NCBI GenBank assembly: GCA_001643675.2
Contig: LSRY02000043.1
Location: 372,001-436,000, forward strand
Direction of reading: 5' to 3'
Source of the DNA: Monocercomonoides exilis PA203
Lineage: Eukaryota; Protista; Preaxostyla
DNA length: 64,000 nucleotides
Below the pieces are notes generated by a model. That model made no database searches. It was given only the letters and a program-made list of their open reading frames with translations, and was not told the DNA's origin. The translations under genes and the position numbers were made by a program. Positions within the stretch are counted from its first letter, which is position 1. Each line of letters starts with the position of its first letter. Below, piece by piece: positions 12,429 through 24,746 of this stretch.

Positions 12429-13951
12429 ATGAAAATCGTTGAATTTCGCACACAATTACCATTTACAATGGAAGAATTTCCATTGGGACAATTGTTTGTT
12501 ATTATTTTTCATTTTATTTTATGATTACGTGATTAATCTTCAGATATATGGTTGCGAAGGCTTCAAGGGAGAACAGCGCTGGAGGTGATGGAGTCGAAAC
12601 AGTGAAAAATGAGCCATATGAAAAAGATGGGGTGAAGGGACAATACACATACAAGGTATTTGAATTTGACGATCTTATGAGATATTTTATATTTTCAAAA
12701 TCTAAAAAATTTGCTTGAATAATCTAAAGCGACTGTATTTTGCAAATAGAATCCCGAAATGGTTACAAAAAATCCTTCCAAAAGATTCAATGGTTCTTGA
12801 AGAAGAAAGTTGGAACGCATTTCCGTACACAAAAACGGTCTACAAAAACAAATGGATGAAAGATGATTTCTCCTTAACAATTGAATCAATGCACGTGCCA
12901 GGAGCTGAGCCAGTTGAAAACGTATGTGCTTTTCAAAGATACTTTAGACATAAAAAATTATTTTAAAAAAATCAGGCATTAAATCTGACAGCCGATGAAC
13001 TAAAAAAAAGAAAAGTCGAAGTTATTGATCTTGGAGTGAAAGTGGTATGAATTCCAACAATTTCCTTTTGGTATAATCAAGACATTTTCATTTTTAACGT
13101 TTACTCCAAGAAATCTAATACGAAAGAGTATAAGTGCAATGTTGACCCAACTGTATTTCATTCAGAAAAGACAGGAAGAGGACCTTTAACACCAAAATGG
13201 TGGGAAAAGGCAGGTGAAAAAGGATGGCCTGTGATGACTGCCTACAAAGTGATGAAGTTTCATTTCAAATGGTTTGGCCTGCAGACGATTGCAGAGAGCT
13301 ACTCGGTGAGTGTGTGCCGCACATTCTTTGGGAATGCCCACAGACAGCAAGTGTGCTGGATGGATGAGTATCATGGAATGACCATCGAAGACATCAGGGC
13401 ATTTGAAGCACAGCAGCAAGCGGAAGCAATGAAGGTATTGACAAGTAATGGTTTTTCTTTTTTTTTTTCGAGCTGAAGAATGCACTTTATTTTTATTTTT
13501 TTGTCTTGGAAGAATTTTGTGTTAATGTTTGGTTTTATTTTGAACAGAAAAAGATTCAATAAATATTTTAATGTGTTTTTCACTACAATATTTTGTTATT
13601 CATTTTTCATTCTTCTATTTATTCATTCACTCTTAATTGACATGAATTTCAATCTTTTCTTATTTCAATCATTAAAATACAAAGGGCCTGAAAGAGCCTC
13701 CAAAGGAGAATCCAGACGAGAATGATGAAGATGAACAGGAACCTTCTTCATCGGCAACGCCTTCTTGCTCGGCGACGCCTAATTCAGGAGAAAAGGCACC
13801 AACTCCTTCCGGTTCCACTTCTCCTTCTCCATCTTCTTCGTCTTCGACGGCTCAGCCTGATTCTGAGCAGCCTTCTGATGCAGATGATGCAGCGAAAAAA
13901 CAAACTGAGGAAGGTAAAGAGGAAAAGAAAGAAGAGGAAAAAAAGGATTAA
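12429..13951 (+). CDS. Phosphatidylinositol transfer protein (START-like PITP), 6 exons
   Basis: MKIVEFR...YMVAKAS...GGDGVETVKNEPY...GQYTYK...EESWNAFPYTKT...FHSEKTGRGPL...MTAYK...HRQQVCWMDEYHGMTIEDIR. Confidence 0.95.
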
Positions 13952-14978
13952 TAGTAATCCTGAAAGTATCTCAAAAGAATGATACGAAATGAATATAATT
14001 AAACTTATTTTTGTAATATCAGAGAAAGGTTTTCCAGATATTAGAATTTTTAAAGGCTTTAACTTGAGAATTCATTCATTTCAACAATATTTGCATGAGA
14101 GTTTTCATCCTTTTAAAACAAACAATTTTTGCTTGAGCGTTTTGCTTCTTTGTATCTCAAACTCTTCAAAAAAAACTCATTTATTAAAATAAATCTATTT
14201 TTTCCTTTTTTTATTTGATAAAAAATTAATCCAAATGTGATTCTTGCATCCATTTAATTAATAAACTTTGTCCTTATTGAACAACTTTAGCAATCTTCAC
14301 TTCTCTTTACACTTCAAACAAATTTCCGATCTTATATCTAGATACCAATGTGACAGCAACCTTTTCAATTGTCAAAACAAATATGTCTCGTATTAACAGA
14401 GATTATTTGTTCATTGAAAGCAAACATTTTTTTGCTATTCAGTCCCAACTTACTCATTCTTAAAAACTATTCACTTTTCTTAAATTAATATTTAAAAAAA
14501 AAATGTTTGATTTCAAAGTGAGATGTGGTAGTTTTTCATTCTAGTGTAAGCAGATAATGCAATAAAACTATGAGGAAAAGAATAGATATTTCAGTGAATT
14601 GATAAAAAAAGAACAAAGAAAAATAGACTGAAACAGATGAATATATATTACTCTATATAAGTGCCATTGATAAGCATCATCTTTCATGCGTTCTGTCAAT
14701 CGATTCAACTTTTCTATTGATGTAAACTTTTTTGTTTTGTTTTTGAAAAAATAAAATGAAAACGTCAGACCCTAAATATGAATCAAATAGGATTGAATAG
14801 TTTCAAAAATAATTATTCATTTCTATAATAATTAATATTTCTGGTCTTTCTTATCACCTCCTCGCAAATTGACTGCTATTCCTTTCTTCTTCACCTTTAT
14901 TGCATAAGCTGATTCACTTCTAGACCTTTCCCTGTATTCCTTCTCTCTTTCCCGTCTCTTCTGTCTCTCTTCGTCCAA

Positions 14979-16384
14979 TTACTTGAGTTGAAGCAATTCT
15001 TTAATATTTGCTGGCATTTCCTCGATCTTTGTACCATAGAATTCTTGAATGTCTTTCAGCATTTGTCCATCTTCTTCAGTAACAAGATTGATTGCAATAC
15101 CTTTTTTACCGAAACGAGCAGATCTACCAATTCTGTGAATGTAGGATTCCTTCTCCATTGGCAAGTCATAGTTCACAACAAGAGAAATCTGCTGAACATC
15201 AATACCACGAGACAACAAATCGGTTGTCACAAGCACTCTGTTTTTCCCATCTCTGAAATCTTGCATAATACGGTTTCTGTCTTCTTGTTCCATGGCACCG
15301 TGAATCGAACTAACTGTGAATTTTCTGCTGCGAAGATCTTCTGTGATATAGTCCACCTTGCGCTTGGAGTTGCAGAAGATGACACATTGAGCAACCTGGA
15401 TTGAATCGTAAAGATCGAACAAAGCTTCCTCCTTGAATTCTTCTTTTTCAACAGCAACATAGAATTGACGCAGACCATCAAGAGTAAGCTCATCGCGAGG
15501 AACCAAAATTTGAACTGGATCGTTCAAAATCTGGCGAGTAATCTCGATAATTTCTTGTGGCATTGTTGCACTCAAAAGAACTGTTTGTGCATTCTTTGGC
15601 AAATTTGAGTTGATTTCAACGATCTTATCCTTAAATCCTTGAGAAAGCATTTCATCTGCTTCATCAAGCACAAAGATTCTCAGATGAGAAACATCAATGA
15701 TTTCAGAATAAATCATATGTGCCACTCTCCCAGGCGTTCCAACAATTATATGTTGTGGTGCTTCAGCAACTTTACGTGCAGTTTCGCTAATAGCTTCTCC
15801 ACCAACAACTCTGAGAATGTTGAGGCCCTTCAAAAATTTTGCCATTTTTGAAATAACCTAAAAAAAAATCATAAACATCATTAACTGCTTTTAAAAAAAT
15901 GCAAACATTGTGTGACTGCATTGCAAGTTCGCGAGTGGGAGAAAGAATCAAAGCTTGTGTGAAGTGATAAGATGGATCCACTTTCTGCAAGCAAGCAATT
16001 GAAAAAGTGGCTGTTTTTCCTGTTCCAGACTGAGCTTGAGCAAGAAGATCGCGCCCACGAACAATTGGCAAGATACCTTTTTGCTGGATAAGTGATGGTG
16101 TTTCAAAACCATATGAATAAACTCCACGAAGCAATTCATCCTTTAAATGCATTTCTTCGAAGGTTTTGCACAATTCATGTGAAGTTTCCTCAATTTCCTT
16201 GTCTCCTCCTGTCAAAGCAACACGCTGAACTGGGGGAGAAGGTGAAGGACGTGGTGATTGTCTTCAAAAAAGTAATTGACACGAAAAATTAAACATTGCA
16301 TTTTTGAAGGTCAACAAACAATAGATCAATTATAAATAAAATAGAATCAGATAAACATTATAACAACTAATACCTAGTTGCCAT
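14979..16384 (-). CDS. eIF4A: DEAD-box RNA helicase, eIF4A family, 3 exons
   Basis: Q motif ([11 protein letters not shown]), [29 protein letters not shown] and [16 protein letters not shown] is the eIF4A linker. Confidence 0.93.
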
Positions 16385-16613
16385 ATCGATAATAATAGTT
16401 GTTTTTTTTACTTAAAAAGATAAATCTGTTTTAATAAACAAATTGATCTCCAATTCCCTTTTTGCTTTTGACCCACAATTTGATTATTGAGTTTCGAAAA
16501 AACTGAAAATCCTCTTAATTGACGTGTGTGACATGAAAATGCAATAATGAGAAAACTCAAATAAAACCACTATCATATTAGCAAAGTTTTTGAACAGAGA
16601 AAAAGTAACTTTT

Positions 16614-17669
16614 TTATTTCTTTCCATCCTCCATTTTTCCGTAGTGCTCTTTGCCACGAGTACAGGGAGAAAAAATTAAATTAACTCCATCCTGTTTATT
16701 ACAAAATCGCGAATTATTCGAGAAAAAATTTAACCATTTAATGAAAAAATTCAATTTAAAAGAAAAGTTTATTGGATAACAAACTTTAACCAGTGACGGA
16801 ATTTCTGCCCAAAAGTAATAATTAGGAAATATTGCCCTGCCTTTTTTACCCAGGACGCAGAACTAAATGTCAAAAAATTAATGTATGAAGAAAGAACAGA
16901 ACTTTCAATTGATGCAAAAATTCAAACTGAATATAAAGCTCCAATAATGATGTATAATATAACACATCCACCAATCCCGATAAGCGTCCATGTCCCCCAA
17001 CTTAAAGGTATTGGCATGGGGCAGGCTTGGGGATGGTTCCATGTAACTTCGAATGAATCACTATCTCTAAAAAATGAATAATTTAATTAAAAGATAGAAA
17101 AAAAAAATAAAAATAAAAATCAGAAATAAGGTCAAATATAGAATACGTTTGAACTGCTGCTCTGCTTTCCTTTTTTGAGCATTGGAAAAAGATTTGAAAG
17201 TCTCCTCCTCCACGTGAATTGATATCTGAATTGTTTCAAAAAAAAGAAACATAAATTTTCCTTTTGGAATAATATATATTCAAACAGCTGAAGTGAATTC
17301 CTTTATGTTTTCCAATAACTGTATGATCCTCTGGTGTTATTGAAGCAACTAGCCAGCATTGATCCTTTGTAACGTGTACAGCAACTTGATATTCGTCTGT
17401 GTTTTCGCATCGAGAAATTTTTGTAACGTCAACACTTTTTCTAAAATTCCAATACAGTGACGTTTCATTTACTGTATCAAAATAATATCTTTTAAAAAAA
17501 AAATGAACATTAATTATTCAATGAAAATAGATCACAAAAAGTGTTCAAACGGAGATTTGGCAAGGTTAGTAAGATCATAATCTCTTTCATCTATCCTGAA
17601 AATATCCTTGTTTTTCCTCGAAGCCGTAAATACATGCTGAGTAAATAACAAAAACAAAATCTGTAACAT
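16614..17669 (-). CDS. Cation-dependent mannose-6-phosphate receptor/ATG27-like type I membrane protein
   Basis: Signal peptide, Cys-containing lumenal domain ending FEVTWNHPQAC, TM helix, then cytosolic YS-FCVLGKKGRAIFPNYYFWAEIPSLVK-DG, the CD-MPR/ATG27 tail signature. Confidence 0.8.
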
Positions 17670-18160
17670 TGCTTCTGATCAGAAAATATAACTTTATTCA
17701 TTCACTAATGAAAAAAAATGAAAGAATTTTTCATATGTTTTTTTCATTATATTCAAACAAATATTTTTCTCAAATTTGTTATATATCAATGATTTTTTGT
17801 TGAGTTAGTTTGTCTTCTGATGAGAAGAATGCCGAAAATTTTTGATTCAATTGTTGTGAAATCATAATGCAAGAATAATGCACCATATATCGAATGCCGT
17901 TTATCAATTTTAAGCTGTCGGAAAACTGAAATAAAAAAATAAAAGATGAAGTGATCACTGAAGCATCAAAAAGTCTGATTTGGTAATAACAAACATCATT
18001 CATGACAATTTTATATCCTTCTTTCTGAAATACTCATATTTCTCAAACCTGTTGCTGATGTGATTAAACGAAACAACAACTTATTTACTTCTTAATTTTT
18101 ATCATAATGAAATAATTACAATTAGGGACAAGGATCAACATACGATCACAATTAAAAAGA

Positions 18161-21100
18161 ATGCTGAACGAATCAAATAAAACTATTGATGATTCAGCAA
18201 TGAATAAAATTAAGACTTTGAAAGACAGCATTACCATAAATCCACGGTCCCCCAAACACTGGGTTGATCTTGCAATATTTGTTGAAAAGCAGGTTTTTGC
18301 TTTTTATCAGCTTTCTGTTTTTTAAATTTTCCAATTTCATGTTGCTGCGCTATCTTTTTTGTGAATAAAATCAATAATAACGAAAACACATCGTATTTGC
18401 TGAATATTCGATGAAAATTTTACTTGTTCGAAAGGATGACTTTTCTTTAATTAAATCCGTTTATGATGAATTTTTGGGAAAATTCCCGTTTTGCGTTGCA
18501 TATTGGCAATTATACGCGCAATCTGCTTTTAAGCATGTTGGAGTTGGAGCTGCTCGTGATATTTTTGAACGAGGTTTTAAACGATAATTTGAATAAGTGT
18601 TATGTTTTTCTTTTATTGATATTATAGGCGTATCATATGCTTGGAATAGCTGTGAATTATGGATTGCATACATATCATTTGCAAAAGAACATTTTGATGT
18701 TGAGGAGCAGCGATTGTATACTTTTTTAAACACTTATTTTAAACTTAACAATTTTTGAAAAAAATATTTTTAGAATTTTTCAAAGAGCTGTTATTTATTG
18801 CGGAAAAACAGTCAGCGCAAATTGTTCGTTAATATGGACACAATACCTAGAATTTGAGGAGCAAAATGGAAACATGGAGATTGTTGCCAGAATATATGCA
18901 AAAATTTTTAAAATGCCATTGTTCCAGCTTGAAAAGGTTTTTATTTTTTAAGATCAACAATATTACAATTTATAATGAAAACATTTTCATTCTTTCAAAT
19001 ATTTTTGTCATTAACAATCACACACCCCTAATCATTCCAGTTTTATTCAAAATTTGAAGAGTTTTCACCAAAATGCAAAGTGCACCAGCTGCTAACACAA
19101 AGCGAAAAGGACGAAAAAAAGATGAGAAAGGAAAATGGTGAGAGCACAAAATTGAAGAGAGTTAGCAAAGAAGAAGAAGAAGAAGAAGAAGAAGGAAAAC
19201 AGAAGGAAGAGAATTCGGAAGGTTCAAATGAAGGAGAAGAAAACGAAGAAGAAAAAGCACTGAGAGAAGAAGTGATGAAGCAGAGGAAAGAAGACTACGA
19301 GCAGAGTCTGGCTGAGCTGAAGGAGAGGCTGGGGCATGTGTCACAAGTGTGAAACAAGACGATTCTTTATTCATTGTTACTCATTTTATTTTTCACTTTT
19401 GTTTCTTTCTTTTCTTTCTTTTCTTTCTTTTCTTTCTTTTCTTTCTTTTCTTTCTTTTCTTTCTTTTCTTTCTTTTCTTTCTTTTCTTTCTTTTCTTTCT
19501 TTTCTTCTCTTCTTCTTTTCTTCTCTTCTTCTCTTCTTCTTTTCTTCTTTTCTTCTTTTCTTTCTTCCTTCTTTTCTTTCCATTAAATTTTTATTATTTT
19601 ATTTTATTATTCTTATTTTTCATTTTATTTCTTTTTCATTCACAGATCAAAAGATTCTTCTACAACTTCACTACCCTCCCTGCATCACAGATAACAGCAT
19701 GGATGGAGTTATTCCTATTTGAAGTAGAAACACATTCAAAGAACTGCAGCAGACTAAACAATGAAAGAAAAGAGGTTCTGAAGGAGATATTGCGGAGGAG
19801 AAAGAGGAAGGCGGGAAGAGGAAAGAGAGAAGGAGAAGAAGAAGAAGGAGAAGAAGAAGGAGATGAAGATTATCTTCGTCGTGTGCAGTTTGTGTTAGAG
19901 ACAGAATTAATATCGCTTCATGAGCCGAATGTGATTCTACGTGAAATGGAAGAAGGAGAAGGAGAAGGAAGAGAAGGAGCAGAAGAAACACAGGGAATTG
20001 ACAGCAGTTTGGATGTGACGAAGAAGACGAAGCAAACACTCGAAGCGAAAGAGGCAGCAGAAGCAGAAGAGAGAAAGAAGAAAGAAGAGGTTGCTTCAGC
20101 TGAAGAAGTTATGACGCCTTCTTCTTCTTCTTCTTCCTCTTCCTCTTCCTCTTCTTCCTCTTCTTCTCTTTCCTCCTCTGATCTCCTTTCCAAGCTCGCC
20201 AGCATTCACAGAGAACACACAACGTCTTTATCCACGCTTCTATTCCATTTGATGTCCTATCTCATTCCTCTTGCACATTATCCGCGGTTTTATCTGTATG
20301 CTGCATCGGCTGTGGAAGAGGAGGAGGAGAACTGGATTGGGGGCGTGTGTGAAGAGATTGAAGAAGAAGAAAGAGAAGAAAGAGAAGGAAAAGAAGGAGA
20401 GGAAGAAGAGAAAGAGAATGAAATGTCTATGAAACATTCTTCAAAGATATCTCTGTCGAAGAAGAAGATGACGAAGAAGCAGCTTGTGGAAGTGTATCGT
20501 GCTTATATGAATGAATTGAAAAGGAAAGAAAGAAAAGCGAGCGAAGGAGAAGGAAAAGGAGAAGAGAAAGAGAAAGAGAAAGAGAAAGAGAAAGAAATGG
20601 AAGAAGAAGAAGAAGAACTGAAGCAATGTGTGATGAAGTTTTTGAAGAATTGTTCTTCAAAATCAGCAAAAGAGGAGAAGAATGAAGAAAAAGAAGAGAA
20701 AGAAGAAGAAGAAGAAGAGAAAAATAAGAGTTACAAAAGCAAAAGAAACAAGAAGATTCTGACTGCCTTATCTCGTCTGTGTGTTCCAGCATTCACAAAG
20801 GAAGAGATGGAAGAGCTTGGATACACTTCATCATCCACTCAAAATTCTGTTGTTTCTTCTTCTTCCTCTTCTACTTCCTCCTCCTCTTCTTCTCTTCTTC
20901 CAACTCCTTTCTCTTTGTCTTCTCTTTCTTCTCTATCTTCACTTTCATTTCCCTTCGATTCCTTCTCTTTCTGCTCCTCCCTCTTCTCTTTCTCTTCTCT
21001 TCTTTTGTTTGCACACAACGCGCCTTCTTTCACATTCACAGCGGCCGATTGGTTTGAGGAGAAAAGCAAGCCATTTCATTCATTGTATCTGCTGTCATTG

Positions 21101-21530
21101 ACATGTGGGAATTGCAAATGTGAATGCGAATGCGAATGTGAACGTGAATGTGAGGGAAGAAATGAGAAAGAGAAAGAGAAAGAGAAAGAGAAAGAAGAGA
21201 AGAATGAAAGCGAGGGTGAAAAGAAAAATAGCATTGAAGGCGATAATAACAGTAATGGTGATGCAGCAGAAGAGGAGATGTGTGTTGAAGGAGAAGTCAG
21301 ATTGAGTGTGTTGTGTGCGAAAATGGGAAGAGAACTGAGGAGAAAAGGCGAAAAAGGAGAAAAAGGAGAAGAAGAAGCGAAGCTGTTTGTGAGAGCGGGA
21401 AGGATGAGAATGAGAAGGGTGTTTGATTATCTGAAAGACGAATATTTGAAAAGCCTGAGAAAGGAAGGAGAGAAAGAAGAAAGTGAAAAAGAAAATGAGA
21501 AAGAGAAAAAAGAATCAGAACAAACTGCAC

Positions 21531-21582
<52 letters not shown>

Positions 21583-23158
21583 TTCTTCTTCTTCTTCTTC
21601 TCTTTCTTCTTCTTCTCACTCCTTCCTGTCATTTTCTCTGTTGTATGTACGTTTTCTCCTCTTCGACTGCTGTGATGAGTCAAACGCCTTCCTTCTTCTT
21701 CGCTTTTTGCTATCAATTTTCCCTTCTTCTTTCTCTTTGCTTCATTTCGCCCTCAACCTGTCTTATCTGACAGGCTGGGCGAAGAGATGCTATGGAAGAG
21801 GAGAAGAAGAGAAGGAGAAAAAGAAAGAGAAGAAAGAAGAGAGGGAAAGAAAGAGAGAAAGAGAAGGGTTTGATCTTATTGACTTGAAAGAATTTGGCTC
21901 AGTTGACTCTCCCTTTTCGCATCTGTCTGTGGAAGAGCTGTTAGATCTTCCAACGCTCCTCTACACCATCACTTCATCTTCTGCACCTGTAAATACCTCT
22001 TCTTCTTCTTCTTCTTCCTCCTCCTCTTCTTCTTCTATTTCCTTGTCATATCCTCGCTATCTTTCCCTTCTCTCCTCCTCTTCTTCTCTTCTCTCTCTCT
22101 CTCTTCCATCTTCTTCTTCTTCTTCTTCCTCCTCCTCCTCTTCTCTTTCCTCCTCCTCCTCTTCTTCTCTTCATTATGGCCCTTGGTCCATCCAGCGTGA
22201 CTGGCTCCTCACCCACTCCATGCACACCCCCATCCTCCCTCTCACAAACATCTCCAAACAATCTCTTCTTTCTTCTTCTTCTTCCTCTTCTTCTTCCTCA
22301 AAGGGAATAATAGACTCAGCCAATGCTCTTGTCCCCCAGATTGCTCCAATGATGATGCCTACACAGGGAATGGCTGGAATGACAGGAATGAATGGAATAT
22401 CTCCTCCTCCTTCTTCTTCTGCAGCAGCAGCTGCTGCTAGTGCGATGATGATGATGCCACAGGGATTTCCTGGACTTCCAGCAGGCGCTGTGGGAATGCA
22501 AGGGCAACAGCAATCTGCTCCTCCTCCTCCTCCACCTCCTCCTTCATCTTCTGCTTCATCATCACCTTCTTCTTCTTCTTCTTCGACTGCTTCAAACATA
22601 CCTGGAAATGCAATGGGATCAATGCCCTCTATGCCCTCTATGCCTTCTATGGGAGCACCTTTCTCTTCTGTTCCTTCGCAGTTTGGTGCTGCTTATACAG
22701 GCGATATGGCTGCTGCTGCTGGAATGATGGCAGGAATGGGGCAGCAGATGATGCAGCAGCAACAGCAACAACAGAACGCTCCTCCTCCTCCTCCGCCGCC
22801 TCCTCCTCCTTCTACTGCTCCATCAAGTGGATCAAGTTCAACTTCAACATCTCCTTCTTCTTCTGCTTCTCCTTCTTCCACTACTGCTCCTTCATCATCA
22901 TCATCATCATCTTCTTCTTCTGCTTCTTCACAAATTCAGCCAGCACAAGCAGCAAATGCCGCATATAATCCTCAAGACTACTATGCACAGATGGCGTCGT
23001 GGTATCAGTCTCAGATGGCTATGCCTTCAATGGGACAGATGAACGCTTCGATGCCTGGCGTACAATCTGCTCAGCCTGCTTTACAAAACCCTCAACAAGC
23101 ACAAATATTTGATTACCAGCAGTATTATGGAATGAATCAGATGTGGGGACAGCAGTGA
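18161..23158 (+). CDS. PRP39: Pre-mRNA processing factor 39 (HAT-repeat U1 snRNP protein) with large low-complexity insertions
   Basis: SVYDEFLGKFPFCVAYWQLYA, ARDIFERGV...SCELWIAY and IKRFFYNFTTLPASQITAW (compare IKRPYFHVKPL...W) are PRP39 signatures. C-terminus is Q/P/M/Y-rich. Confidence 0.82.
19403..19580. repeat. (CTTTTCTTT)n-type pyrimidine microsatellite in a PRP39 intron
   Basis: Tandem 9-mer visible directly. It produces the spurious F/L-rich start of ORF 19349. Confidence 0.9.
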
Positions 23159-23284
23159 TTTTTATACATTAAACATTTGCTTATTTTAATTTTAGTCATA
23201 TACTTTTTTAATAAAACATTAATATTATAAATGCGTTATTTTTCTTGTTTGATCAAGTTATATAATAATATTTTTTGAATATAT

Positions 23285-23971
23285 ATGATGGAACAGCCTG
23301 TATTTCAACCACCGGATTATTCCGTATATTTCAAAAGGTTATATTAAATTTGTTGAATTTAGTGTTTTAATTATTTGAAATGTGGAAAATGTTCAGAAAA
23401 CCACTTTCACAACTGCGCGAATTGTCGGAGGACTATGATTCTTATATAGCGCATATTCAACAATCATCTTCTTTAAATGATGCTGAAGCTAAACTTCACG
23501 TTTTGAGAAATGAGTGCAATGATTTAATAGGTCGACTATATTCAACTTTTTTAAACGCTTAATAATTATTTCTTTTAATTAAAAATTCAGCAAGAATTGA
23601 CAATGACAAGACAAAATTAGCAGAAATGGATTCTCGAATCACGGATAAAAGATTAATTTATGAAGAGAAAAAAGCTGAATTTACTGCGATCTCAGAAGAA
23701 ATGAATCAACGAGTGAAGGTTTGTTTTCTTGGAAAATAGAATCTTTGCATTGATATTCATGTATCTAAACAAATAGGAAATAAGACAAAATTCGCTAGCC
23801 ACTCGTATTAACAGTGAAATCTTAAGATTAGAAAAAGAGTTGAAAAAACCACTAAATTCGAATGCAGAAACTCAAGAATTCCAGGAATCTTTGGAAAAGT
23901 ATATGGAAAATCAACAAAAGTTATTAACATTAAAGAAATATTCGACATTAATACCATCTTCGCAATTTTAA
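23285..23971 (+). CDS. Coiled-coil protein, possibly ESCRT-I subunit VPS37 (Mod(r) domain), 4 exons
   Basis: KPLSQLREL...LRNECNDL-ARIDN...SLATRINSEILRLE...FQESLEKYMENQQKL. Size and helical pattern resemble VPS37. Confidence 0.5.
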
Positions 23972-24122
23972 GTTTCATTTTCTAATTTTTTGAGAAAGAT
24001 TATATATTTTTGAAGATTTAACTTTAAGAAATTTAATGTTTATTGCATACGCTAAATATTTGTTCAATATCAAGTAAATAAAAAAAGTGGAAATAACGAA
24101 TGAATTATAAAAAATCCAAAAA

Positions 24123-24196
24123 TGTCCCTGTCCGGGATCGAACCGGAGACCTTTAGCGTGTAAAGCTAACGTGATAACCAACTACACCACAGAGAC
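24123..24196 (-). tRNA. tRNA-Val (anticodon UAC)
   Basis: Reverse complement GTCTCTGTGGTGTAGTTGGTTATCACGTTAGCTTTACACGCTAAAGGTCTCCGGTTCGATCCCGGACAGGGACA folds as a cloverleaf with anticodon loop TTTACAC and a GTTCGA T-loop. Confidence 0.97.
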
Positions 24197-24746
24197 CTTA
24201 GGAAAAAAATTATTTTGATTTTGTATATTCAGATATTTAAAATTGATGAAAGTCTTTATTATTTGTAGAATTTTTTTTTTGAAAATGTTTTGAAAAGCAC
24301 AAACTGCCTGTCTTTCTGTCAAGGGTAAATAATTTTAAGAAAGCGAATGGGATTATGAGTTAAAGAACAAGAACAGGAGATGATTTCGCGTTCTCAAATA
24401 ACAATAAAAAATAGATTATTCTTTTCAAACATCGCATATTAACAAAAAAGCGAATGAACATTTTTATTTTCATCAAATTTAAATATTTTCTAAAGTGTGA
24501 ATTAAAAAACATAGGAACATTTAAAAGATAAATTAATTTGATTAACATTAAAAACTACTCAAAAAAAAAATAATTTTTTAAAATATAAAAAAATTTCAAT
24601 TTAATAAATTTAAATCATGACAAATTGCTCAGCTTTATCAACACATTCACGAGTTCTAATCAGAAACAAAAAATTTATGTGAAATGAAAGTTTCTTGAAT
24701 AGACAATTAAACAACAGATTTCTTTTCGGAATTATTCTTTATTGTT

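Noticed and set aside
19349-19645. Hydrophobic N-terminus of the 1269-aa ORF as a TM region
   Set aside because: It is a GT...CAG intron of PRP39 filled with a pyrimidine repeat.
23975-24181. 68-aa ORF
   Set aside because: Overlaps the tRNA-Val gene and AT-rich spacer; spurious.
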